Origin: Catajapyx aquilonaris
Taxonomy: Eukaryota
Length of the DNA: 64,000 bases
Direction of reading: 5' to 3'
NCBI GenBank assembly: GCA_000934665.2
Contig: KZ538304.1
Location: forward strand, 1-64,000
Below the pieces are notes generated by a model. It was not told where the DNA came from. It was given only the letters and a program-made list of their open reading frames with translations, and did no database searches. A program made the position numbers and the translations under genes. Positions 51,694 to 63,774 of this stretch are shown here, piece by piece; positions within the stretch are counted from its first letter, which is position 1; every line of letters starts with the position of its first letter.

Positions 51694-53804
51694 TTTGAAT
51701 CACGTGACAAATCTTCAGCAGCATCACATCAACTCTTTGCAATTATTACATCGCAATAAAAAATGGTACTTTCCTCTCTCTAAATGTGCATGAACGTATT
51801 CACTAGCGACAACTCCAAAAACAATGCTTCAAGAATACACGAACCATTGTTGATATGATTCTGCACAAATATGGCAACATGTTTGTTATTTTTGTAAGAA
51901 TGAGCCAGTTAAAATACTGCCATGGTTAACAATGGCATGATTAATGATCATTACAATCACAGTAAAAGTCTAATGAAGGTAAATGGAGTAAAACCTGAGC
52001 CCATAGCCTCTTTACAATAAATTAATTATATCGCACGTGGGATAAATGAAATTAAATAAAGGCATATATTATGCCATAACCAATGAATATATTGTTGTTA
52101 GCCCTTATTGGTATAGGCGCAGTTCATTCATTCATTCATTACACTCACGGCATATTCCCAAGATGGGGTTACCAGCGATGACCAGGTACAATCCACCTGA
52201 CCATCTCGAACGACCAGTTTAATGAATCCTTTGGTGACTGGTCAGGCCACGCAAAGGATATAATGAAAAGGATGATAATGAAAAAGATGATATGAATATA
52301 CATCCATACGTATAGGCGCAGTAATAGTATATGAATAATGTTTCGCGGTCTTTCGGACCATACATTGCCAACGACATTGTAAACATTTTCCTCCAGCGCC
52401 CTTTGGACTGAATTCCAGCTAGTCCACGCCTCCAGGAGACACCTCCTCTTCTCGTCTCACCCACTAAAAGCCGGATCTTTCCGGATGTGTCGCATTAGTT
52501 TTTTCTTCTTCTACTGTCTCGACCACAATCTACGCATTCTTGTAAACCTGTTTCTGCGGCTAACTTGGGAAGAAGTTGACTGATCTGTCTCTGTATTCAA
52601 CTCTGGTGTGTTTGGCTGCTGTACACTAGACATGTATCGAACAGAACAATGTGACAATAATTTCCATAGAAAATAGCTGTTTATTGTGTTCGTGTAGATA
52701 TATCAATCCTCGTGTGAATTCGTCATCAAAAAGTGAACAACACGAGTCTTTTCCTTTCCTTTTGTTTATAAGCGCAAATACAACACTATAATGTACACGT
52801 AGGCCTACGGAAAAATGAGAGAACAATATGATGAGTAAATAGTGTCGAACTGTCAATAAAAAAAGCAACAATGGAAGAAACGATGACATCGGATCGCGTT
52901 CTGGTGTTCTCCGTATACCACATTAGAGAGTCTGCTGTTGACACACGCAGGTACAACAATAAGTTTTGTACGTCAGATGAATTTATTGTGTACATTACAT
53001 TGAACCGTGGATAACAATCGGGTTGTATAGCTTTGTACGAGATATTTACACTTTACTTGCTTTTAATTAATGTAAAATCAGAATGCAATCATTCATGTGC
53101 GCGGCACTGTGTTGCCCAAAACCGTCGTTTTATCCATACAAACTTATTTGTTTCCAATCGGAATTTGCAAGTACACAGCTTTATTTTCTCTCTTTGAATT
53201 TTGCATAATTATACGTGTACTATATGTGTTGCCGAAGTGATTTATTCTTTCTCTAATATATTTTTTTTCAATCATAATTGCAGCAAAAATGCAAGAATGT
53301 GCATGAAAAGTACAGAGTTTCCACCCTGTATTTTGAAGCCTTTCTTTTCACACGTACCGTACATATCCCACAATCATATATGGCTGTAGTGTAATTCCAG
53401 GTTTGCAACGTACCCCGCCGATATATACAGTACAAGCGTATCAGTTTCAAGGACATGCGCCTAACCACAAAATATGCCTCCCCGTAGGTTCTATTTGTTT
53501 AAAATAGAAAATAGCTGGCAATGACATGTAACACATGCGTTGGGATAAGTCCAAAAAAATAATTTGCAAGGTTTCAAACACATTTCCGACACACCCTGTC
53601 AAGTTTGATAGGGAATGTACGGCAGGTCATACCTCACATCTGGTTCAAAAAATAAATAAAAATAAAAATGAGAAGAGACAACACCCATTTTGATAAATAA
53701 TAATTCTATGGATTACTTCCTGTACATGTCAGCAGTACATCACATTATCGGAAATTGCATTTTTTTATTTTTTTATTATGCCAATTATTTATCACCCATT
53801 TTCG

Positions 53805-53865
53805 TTTCCTGATTGGTTGGCTGCATCAGGTGGAGGCGTGGCCACAATTGGCTGCCAGATATAAA
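53805..53865 (+). promoter_or_regulatory. Putative core promoter of the FMN reductase gene
   Basis: TATAAA at 53860-53865, preceded by two reverse CCAAT (ATTGG) boxes, about 110 nt upstream of the ATG. AATAAA at 55405-55410 follows the stop. Confidence 0.5.
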
Positions 53866-53973
53866 CTTTGAAGGCCAAACCTTTGCGGTCTTCCCCCCAG
53901 TGCGTGTCAGTCCTTCGTTCGAGACGCGTCTACTTCTTCTAATCGCACTCCAGATAGAGAGAAATAGAAGAAA

Positions 53974-55254
53974 ATGTCTGTGAAGAAGGTCATCCTTTTT
54001 TTGGGTTCAACTAGAGACGGACGGTTTGGCGAGAGAGTGGCCAAATTCATGGCAAATCTGCTGCGGAAACACAACATGGAGCCAATCCTATTTGGTCAGT
54101 AACGGAGGTCAAATGTCAAACATTTTACAACAGTTGACTGGTCAAACAAGTCGAAAATGTTGGGAGAAAGTGGGTCAAGGTCAAATCAATTTCAGCAATA
54201 AAGTACCTGAGGATAAAAAAGTGTTCAAGGTGACTGAAAATCATTATGCATGGTCCGTTGCATGTCATTACTACGTACTGCCCAATGCATTTTGCAAAAC
54301 AAATTGTACAATTTACTGTCTGTACTAGCAGCATTTTTTCATTGCCAATAGACGGCAAATACTTACAAGTAAGGTTACGTTAACATTAGGTAACGTTCAA
54401 TTCATGTAACTTAAGGAAATATCGTGTGACGGAGCATTTTTTTTCACCACAGTGGCCTTGGTAATGAGTAATTATTATTCATACTTCCAGGGAAAAAAAT
54501 GTGTCCTGTTGACAAAAGCAGGAAATTAGGGTGTGCCGCGATCAATTAAGTGTCATAGACCTGACGTGGTTGATTAGTGTACCGGCACAATGCGACATGT
54601 TGCCCAATAAGGTCAACGCTTTCTCCTGAATTAATTCGGTTCTCGGATTACGTGATGCAAAAATTAGTTCTGCGTTGCTCTATTTACACAATGTGTCGCG
54701 ATTTATTTCAAGTGACGATCACATTTCAGATCCACTGAAGATGCCGTTTGAGATGCTGAAGCAGCCGCTTCACTTCATGGCGGATCAGTCCAAAGCGCCG
54801 CAGTGGCTCCAGGAGGCTAACGAGCAGATCAAGACGGCCGATGCGTTTGTGATGGTATCAGCCGAGTACAACTGCAGCCTTCCACCTGCGCTTACGAACA
54901 TGGTCGACCACTTTCCGCCTGCGTCGTACCTGCATCGGCCGTGCGGTGTCGTCGCCTATTCCATGGGCAAGTCCTTAGCTTTTAATTAGCGCCGCTGCCA
55001 TTGTGACGTTCCAAATTGCAGGTGCATTTGGTGGGATGCGAGCTGCGGCATTGCTCCGTCCATTCCTGAGCGAAGTGGGCTTGGTGTCCACGCCCTTCGC
55101 ATTCATCATCCCGACAGTCCAGGAGAAGTTTGACGAGCTGGGTACTCCACTGGAGGACCGGATGTTCCAGAACGGCGAGAAGCTAGTGAAGGAGCTGCTC
55201 TGGTTCGCATCGGCCATCAAGACGCACAAGGAAAAGTCCGGAAGCCCCTTCTAG
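53974..55254 (+). CDS. NADPH-dependent FMN reductase / quinone reductase family (flavodoxin-like fold), 3 exons
   Basis: Exons 53974-54094 (MSVKKVILFLGSTRDGRFGERVA, GSxR FMN-binding loop), 54730-54966 (ADAFVMVSAEYNCSLPPALTNMVDH, matching the family's EYNxSxPxxLKNxxD motif) and 55022-55254 (GAFGGMRAAALLR...stop). Intron 1 is GT-AG and intron 2 is GC-AG (54967-55021); both are phase 1. Confidence 0.93.
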
Positions 55255-56863
55255 GCATTTTGCAGTATTAATCAGTTGTAACAATTCACACCGAGATAGT
55301 ATTGTTCGCATTAACGAGTTGATAAATTGGCATCAAAGTTGGTTCCCTCTCTTAATTAATAATTTCTTCCAGCCATTTCGGCCATCTGAAAACATCGGGT
55401 GATCAATAAATAAGCAGGTTTTGCTTTTTAAAATGTACAAGTTTATGTACTAAAATTATTAACAATTTAACAAGCGAAATGAGGTGCGACTGACTTGACC
55501 TAAACGTCGTGCTGCAAAGAATGGAACGATGCTAACAGTGAAAGACCAAAAAAAAAGAAATGTCGACAAGGCGGTTTCTCGCTTTGTATGGAATGAGAGG
55601 GGGGGGGGGAAATATGTTCCGGTCCTGAAAACTCAGGCCATATTGTCAAAATATCTATGTTCGACTTGGCTTCTTCACAAAATGAGGCTGTCGTACCATC
55701 AATTTCAATAACGTCCGCCTCAATTGGCATATTACATGCATTTTTAACGCAAATTGTTCATGCCAATCGAGGTGTCTACATGTTTGAAACTAATCCCATT
55801 TTTGTCTGCCGCATATAAAAGCTTCACGCTGACGATTCGTACTCGGATGTAATCAATTTATTGAGATAATCTCTGCGATAAGATTACGTGCCCATCGCCG
55901 CGGCAAGCCTCAATTTGTCAGCACGTGTTCTAATATGTAGATGCTACATAGAAAAACAAAGCTCTTTTAATAATAACTATTATTATATGTACAAGCGCAA
56001 CAAGTTTTAAAAAAACCCCAAAAAATGCGGCCTTCAATATATTACATGTAGAGTAACACCCACGAAGGAAAAAAAAAAAAATGACGCGAACTTTCATAGA
56101 TTACAAAATAACCCGACATATTCCACCTGATCGTCGTTTGGCAGGAACTTATTCATTCGTTAAATCGATGCAAGAATTCCAACAATCTCGCTGCAACTAG
56201 GCTAATCTGGCAACAATGCGGGTGGTTCAAAATCAACCGCCTCTTTTAAAATATTGGTAAATGTAACTACAAGATTACTTTTTGCTCAAAAATTTTGGCC
56301 AGAGTCGCAATCATTTCTAAACGAATCATAAGTGTCGTGTCGATTTCTAAATCTACGCGCTTTTGAACATCAAACGCTATACTTTTTTTTTTCCACGTGA
56401 GCAACAGAGTTGTACATAATTTCAAGGCGGATGCTTCATACTTAATGCATATTATCTTCATGCAATTATTAACGGGCAGGAATAGTACTTGCTGTGCAAG
56501 ATGACTAATATATAACGGCCACTGACTTCTCTAGCGTGGCCCCCCCGATTTTTACAAATTAAAACACATAGAATGTGACGCTTTGTCGTCGATTCCTCCA
56601 AAAAAAAAAAAAAAAGCTGTCACTTTTTTCACAAACCAGACGCATGCATGTCGTGGATACAAAAAGACTGGCCATAAAAACATAAAGCACGTAATTTGGC
56701 ATGCACTCGACTTCCTCTAAAAAAAAAAACCCTACGTGGTAATAATTAATCTGTACAAAGAACACACACAAACGAAGGTTTTTTCTTTCTTGTCGTATCA
56801 CATGCAGGCCTGGAATTTCGGTTTTTGCCCTTTGGCTCGTTCTGAAAAATAAAAACTGAAATG

Positions 56864-59800
56864 CTATTGACACCCGTCTTCAGAGACGTACAGAGCTGGG
56901 AAGTATCCGATCTGAAAATGTCAATATTATTACAAGTTTGTTCGAACAGGGCAATGCGATCGAACTTACTCTTTCCCCGATCTGGCCCTTCCACCACCCT
57001 CTACTTCCCCCTTCTTTGCTCAGAATGGTCACGACATCTCCCTTCTTCAGCGGCAACTGGTTGGCTTCAGACGCATTGTAGTCGTATATCGCAACGGCAT
57101 GGCAATGGTACGGCCTCTCCAACGTTGCGTCCAGCCTGAAACGGATTCATCAGAGTTCCATCCCGTAACTGCAAAATGCATCTGACTCACCCGCTAAAGT
57201 TTTCCGAGAGACTGTGCTGCTCGTACCAGTTGATAAGTTCGGGGATGGACCGGAAGTACCTGGACTCCGAGAGATAAAACTTCCTGCTTCCTACACCAGC
57301 GCCTTCAAGCTCAGGTGTCCAGAATATCTTCATGTGCTTCACCTGGTCGTTTGTCCTGCAGGTTCAATCGGTTAAGACAGTCGCTCAAAAGTACGGGCGT
57401 ACATAACTTACTTGAGACTCAGCGCATATCCCGACTCGTCCTCGTTGGTCGGTCCTTGCGGCCTTATCCGCAAGAGGAATGTACCAACAGGCTCTCGGTC
57501 AAGCAGCAACGCAGCCACGTTCCGCTCGGTCTCGCCTATGAACCTATTCGGCAAAAAAAAATTAGCACACTGCAGCCTCTAAAAGTGTGTCGCAACTCAC
57601 CAGGAGAACTCCTCCAAGTTGCACAGATTGATGTAGTCTAAATGTGATGTCTGCGTCGTAAGCAGCGGGGGATTCTCCGGAAACGACGGTTGCTGGAAAG
57701 TAACAGTTGTAAATCCGGTACGTTGCAATACAGTGCGATTATTCCTTACTCTGTGGTGTTCTGGACTGACGGGTGTGTTCTCCCCTGACGTGATGGATGG
57801 CCCGGAGGGCGACGGGGTTGGGAATGCGACTGGAGCAGTTGGCCTCATGGGGGAAGGAGGCGGACGTGGAGGAAGGTCAGGGGGACGGCTCACCCCACAT
57901 CTGCGAGCTGTGGCTATGCAGGGCTTGTGGACGGAGGTCTTGCAGCGGGCGCAGCAGTAGCCCTGATAGTACAAGCACATTGAAGTAACACTCATACGCA
58001 AACATGGTACGGAGAGCCCACCTGATAAAAGAGGCCTTTGAGCAACTTCCCGCATTCATCACAGGTTGTCGGCTTTTCAAATGTGTGCATCTCAAATTCG
58101 TGGTCGCTACCTTCGCACTCGCTCGGATGAATGTTTTCTCTGAAACCAAATATGGTTCGAGTCAAATCGTACGGCAAATCAGCGGCAATGTAAGCTCACA
58201 GTGCGTCTTGAATGGCTTTGATCCACCTCCTCTTCTGCTCCTCGTTCCTGGCGTGCATCGTGTAGGCCATCTTCTCCTGCCGATGCACCAGGTACCAGTG
58301 GAAGGTCCAGCGTCCATCGCGATTCATCACCCGACGGTTGATCACATCCTCGACTTTGTAGTCTTGCAGGCAAAGCGAGTGTCGGTAGCTGTGCTGTTCA
58401 CCCTGCAGCCAACAGTGCAATTTAGCTCATCACATCGACGTGAATGGGACACATATCATGCAGCATCGTTCTGTTCCTCTCATCGCCCAACAGGTTTAAA
58501 AGCCATGCTGTGGTAACCCACATGCAATGAAACCTCGTCCAATAAGATTACACGTACACACATTTCATGAAAGAGGAAATTAACCATTATTGTGCGTTAC
58601 TTGCAAATCGAAAGAACCCTTCAGTTAAAATGCGTTAGGCATGAAAATTTACTTGAGTGAAATATTACTGTACTTGTGCATTAAGCTGCGTACAAGTGCA
58701 GTTTCAAATGAACCGTTACATACACATTTATCAATCAGGTGGCGATTTAAATTCTCATTAACGTATCAAACACCAAGCATTTACAGATAATGCCCCTGAA
58801 ATATTTACCCAGCATGCACACTCATAGCAGGTGCGTAAAACATTGCGACCTTTTCACTGCGAACTGCGCACATCGGACAACGATGCAACGCCGAACTTAA
58901 TTCCTAACATTCGCAACATTTAGAAACACCCAAACTACTATTTACCCCAAACAGTTTATCCACCATCTTGACGAGGCAAGAATAAAGAGAAACGCCTGGT
59001 TAAAACACACACACACACAGTACGCAAAAAGTGTAGTTAGTTAAAAACACACAACGTGTTTCCCTGCTAGTCACAATATTAAAAAAACGGTGATATTCCC
59101 GTCACAAATGTTCAGGGATTGGCTCCCCACACACGGTGTACAAATATTTTTAGTGACAAAAGTGGCCATCACAAAACAGCTTGCTTCTAAAAAAAGAAGC
59201 CACACGACAACTCCCCGGGACTTGCCTACCTGAATCGAAACATACAGCTGACTATCGTCACCTGTTAGACTCCAGCGTAAAAAATTCCTCGAATTCGCCT
59301 TTGGCTATATGGAAAACATATGTGGGGGAGGGAGGAAAACAAGTATTTTAATGGCATGTTTGACAATATTTTTTTCCTCCTTTTAAAAAAGCACAGCGAA
59401 TCATTTCGTAGTATATAGTGACAAAACAGGACTGCTGGCCAGAATTTTTTTTTAAAAAAAAGCAAAGCCACAAAATAGATGTAAACTAATCATATACAGT
59501 ACGGCTGCATTGAAGAAAAGTCGGGACAGAATTAGCAAGAAACACGAGACTGAAAATAATGCAAACTCACCCTTGTTGTCTTGCACATCAGCATCACTCG
59601 ATCGAACACAAACACATATCTGCAACAACATCTCCGTGTTTATAATGGCCGCACACTTTGCCTTACAATGTTACGCACCTCAGCTTCGGCCTGGTGTCGT
59701 CATGGCAGCGTATCTTCAACTCCCCGTCTTTCAGGAGCCTCCCGTAGTCCTTCAGTTCCGTGTTTTCCGGCATGTTCCAGTCTGATATGCTTGCCTGCAA

Positions 59801-62462
59801 ATCCGCAAATTAAACCTCGAAAACTCCGCACGTACGCACCGGCCGTACCTGAATATCGCTTATGATCTGAAGCGTCTCGCTATCCCTCTTGACCTCGTTG
59901 ATGAAGTTGGCAACGTCTCTCATTGCGTCAAGAGCCTTCTGAAGCCCCACGAAATCAGAGTGAGCCTGCAACGTCATTCAGGTCAACGCCAATTCAACAA
60001 GACATTACACCAGATCTCACCTCCTGAGTCTCGCCGATCAGTTTGTCCAGCAGAAGGTGGTACTTGAGTATCCGCTGCATCGGCACGGACAGTACGTCTC
60101 TCAGCCTGAACCTCCCGTCATTCGCTTCCTGCTGACACTTCTACAAAACATGAAAAATTAAAATTAAAATTACGTACAACGCAACATGCTTTCGGTACGA
60201 ACGTACCTGAACTTTCTGGTTGAAAAAATCATTCTTGCTGCACATTTCTTCAACTAGTGACTGGGCACGAGGCAGGTTGGCACAGTAGTCACCGTAAAGC
60301 ACGAACTTATCCTTCCAAGTGAGGAAAGCATCGCTGAGACGATGGCTGCTGCACGGTACGCACGCCTTGCACAAAGCGCTGTGGAATCCCGTGTGGATCT
60401 CGGCCAGTTCCTGAACAAAAAATTAAAAATATTAGCCATCGGAAACAACACCAAGCTAGAAAAAAAACTGTGCCAATTTTTTGTTTTGTTTAAACGATGC
60501 AAAATTCATCCTTCGTATTAATTTCTGTTCAATACCTTAACGCCAAAGAAGATAACTTTCCGGTCCTCTTCGCGCATGACGGCACTCAGCGGACGCATGT
60601 ACTTGAGCTTGATCATGTTGAGCGCCTCCATGTAGTTCTTCTCAGTTTCCAACAACTCCCGGCAAATGTAATCCCTTTTCTCCAATGCGGGCGAAACCAA
60701 TGCCGGAATCTAATCCCCACCCATTGAAAGCCATCAATGCAACGCTTCGAAGGGATTAGCCCATTTTCAAAAGAGTGATATTTGCACAAGCCGGGGATTG
60801 CAAATAACGAGCATGCTCATGCTTCTACCTGATTGTCCGCGGGACTGGACCTCTCGGCCTCAATGCAGCATAGATCCTGGTAAATATCTTCTTCAGGACA
60901 CACCATGGAGTAGTAGTCCTGCCCACCCCCACCTTCCTGTTGAAGCTCCGCAAACGTGGCGTAGGTGTCCTCGCTACAAGAATCACACACAAACAAACAT
61001 GCATCATGCTACACCGTGCGGAGCATCTCTGCGAAATCATCACGTTACTCATCGCAAAGAAGCTCCGAACAATGCTGGGTCATCGGAACAAACCAAAACC
61101 TCACCTTCTGGCTACCAGCATCGCACAGAGTCAAAAGAGAGAACCGAAAGACACCATGCTACAGGTTAGGGATTCAAGGAATTTACCCCACATGCTCGGA
61201 TTGTGTAAAAGGTACCTGGGTGGTTCTAAAGGTGACATAGCAGAGGTCTTCATAGATCCCTTCCTCTGAATCGTATGAGGGAAGCTGTGCCCAGGATTGG
61301 CCCCCGGGGCAGACCTGAAGACGGTCATACCCTGACTCAGGGGCCGGGGAAGTAGGGAAGTTGTCGCTGAAATAGGACGATTCATGACGAAGGGGAAAGA
61401 AGAAGTGAAGACGGGGAAAAAAAATAGCCAAGGTTCATCTGAAAGTCACCATGAAAGTCAAACGCAGCTGACGACAAGTGATGTGACAGACAATTCCGCA
61501 ATAGTACATTACCATCGATTACTAAGCAGCGCTTTTGTCGGCAACTGCGCATTAGAAAATAATTCGACAACTCCGTAACTTTTGATCAGCATAAGGCCAT
61601 TAACGAAGAAGCAACTAATTAGCCCAAGTTGTAAGTGCATTTACTTCCCGAGTCTCATGTAACAAGCACTCAATTAAATCTGTAAAGGTCAAACGGGCAA
61701 CTTTAAAAACTTCACAGGAAACTACATGTTACTCGCAATAATTAAGTTTGCACTGTTCGCAAAATCCATGCGTTTTTTTAAAAAAAAGAAACTTCCACCG
61801 AATACCACAGAAGTTGCAAGGTTAGGAAACTTTTATTAGTGGTCTAATAATAGTTGCACTACTGCAAGGGCAGACACTTTGACGTAGAAACAACACATCT
61901 GAGAAAATCAACTGACTCACTTCCTACCAAAGGAAAGAAAAAAAGTTTTTTTTTAAAAAAAAGATGATATTAAACTTACTTGGCCAAATCTTCCAGCCGC
62001 CTGTAAATTTCCTCTTCCTGGACATGATTCTGATGATTCTGGACAGCGAATCCCCTGGAGAAAAACAAAGGAAAAAAAAACAACCATGAGCTGACCTTCC
62101 GAGAGGTGAAATATGTCAATGTCAACAGGGCAAGTTGAGAAAATAAACCATTGGTGAAAGAAACAAATGTGACGGAAGCGACATGTCTTTTCAGAAGGAT
62201 TGGCACATTTTTCAGCTGGCCTTTTCCAGGAAACAAGGCGGCAGCTTCCCCCCTCCGACAATATTGATCCGCACAAAAAAACTTACTTGATCCCCTTCTT
62301 CTGAGCCTTGGGGCAGTTTGAGAGCTTGGACAAAGTGTGCAGGACCCGAGCAAAGTCCGTCAGGTCAAAGAGCATCGACGGTTCAAACAGGTCGGACTCC
62401 CTGAGCTCAAACATGTTCCGGCTGGTCTGCAGGAAGGTTCGGATGTTCCTCAGGCACAGGAA
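56864..62462 (-). CDS. Vav: Vav guanine nucleotide exchange factor (5'-partial; first coding exon lies beyond the window)
   Basis: Phase-consistent GT-AG exons in transcript order: 62287-62462 (FLCLRNIRTFLQ..., CH domain); 61980-62054 (EEEIYRRLEDL); acidic exon 61216-61366 or 60829-60973; DH 60536-60709, 60207-60410, 60021-60140 (LRDVLSVPMQRILKYHLLL), 59849-59965 (INEVKRD); PH 59679-59794, 59571-59619, 58200-58402; C1 58022-58139 (HEFEMHTFEKPTTCDEC), 57750-57962; 57601-57692; SH2 57412-57543 (GTFLLR), 57191-57355; SH3 56970-57135 (AIYDY...GWWKG), 56864-56911 (IGYFPALYV...stop). Confidence 0.97.
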
Positions 62463-63209
62463 CTACAACCGGAAAGGAAAATATATATTTTTAAAAGCAT
62501 ACAAAATAAATACGAGCGGAACATGCATTTAGCCAATCTATAGTTCCAGGAAGTCTATTTTTGCACCCCCTTTTTTTTCTTCTTCTAAATTTTTATCTCC
62601 AGACTTGCGAACGCCAAGTGTGGCAATAAACATTCCTCTCTCTGGGCCACCCCCTGGCATGGCTGAAAAATTTGGTTGAATTCCATTCCAACTCCCCCAA
62701 GCTATCTGCCTCATAGTAAAGATACCGCAAATATTTGCATTGTCCTCGCACGTACGACAAAACACACATCCCCTTTATCAGAAGAACATAACCGCATTAA
62801 TTACTGACGCGTACACCAAGAACATGCACATGGTAAGAAAACCTGGCCAAACAAACGTTGCCTTTCATTTAGGGAAGATGGTAACCTGTTGCCACGATTA
62901 CCAAATCAAAGCAGACAAACTTCGACTTTCATATAGGGATTATTATTATTAAGCGATTGATTCCGCTTGCAAAATGTCATCTTCCTTCCCTACACCGGGC
63001 CTTATCGGGGGGCCAGTACTTTTCTTGTTTTCTCTGACGACACTGGATGTGATATGCAAGCAGATAAGCCACCTTTTTTATAACTACTTTCCTCGTCAAA
63101 CTATTTTTTTTTCCCCTGTAGTTCCTGGAACCAGCACCTGTTTTCCCCTCTCTCTCTCGACGCCATGTGTGTACGCACACCCTTCTAGATACGAATACTG
63201 GCAGAGCTC

Positions 63210-63774
63210 TTTGCATGGGCACAAAACTTGTGCAAAATTATTGGTACAATACTGGCACAAAATGGGCATGAAAATGGGTAGGAAATGGGTACAAAATTCA
63301 AATGAACCTGGCACAAAATGGGTGTGAAATGGGCGCACGAAGGCTATGAAATTGGTACGAAAATGGCAAAAAAAGGGTATAAAATTGGCAACAAAACAAG
63401 CACTAAACATGAACAAAACCAATTTTAAAATGGATATGAAATAGGCACAAAATTGGCAACAAGATGCGCACAAAATGGGTACGAATTTTGGATATGAAAT
63501 TGGCAAAAAACATGGGCACACAAAAACAGGTACAAAAAATTGATGAGAAATTGGCAAGAAATGGGCACAAAATTGGCATGAAAAGGATACGAAATTGGTA
63601 TAAAACAGGTACGAAATGGGCACGACAACGGCACAAAATTGGTACAAAAATGGGAATAAAAAAAAGGGGTGGGAAATGGATACAAAATGGGTACATGAAA
63701 TTTGCATGGGTACGGAAAATGAGCACAGAAATGATACGAAAATGGTAAGAAATGGGTAGGAAATTGGTACAAAA
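63210..63774. repeat. Degenerate short-period (~11-12 bp) satellite
   Basis: Variants of aaattggcaca / aaatgggtacg repeated across ~560 bp. Confidence 0.85.

Noticed and set aside
52200..52625. Possible non-LTR retrotransposon 3' remnant on the minus strand
   Set aside because: No diagnostic motif could be confirmed by eye.
57601..57962. Vav lacks an N-terminal SH3 domain
   Set aside because: Expected for protostome Vav proteins (e.g. Drosophila); not novel.
59230..59261. Possible 32-nt cassette exon in the long Vav PH intron
   Set aside because: Not frame-preserving; no compensating exon was found.
60825..61052. ORF-track frame ARTPTPRLRSF... across exon B
   Set aside because: Wrong frame; the frame with EEDIYQDLC matches Vav and the flanking phases.
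63096..63772. ORFs up to 203 aa on both strands
   Set aside because: Products of a degenerate ~11-bp satellite inside a Vav intron.
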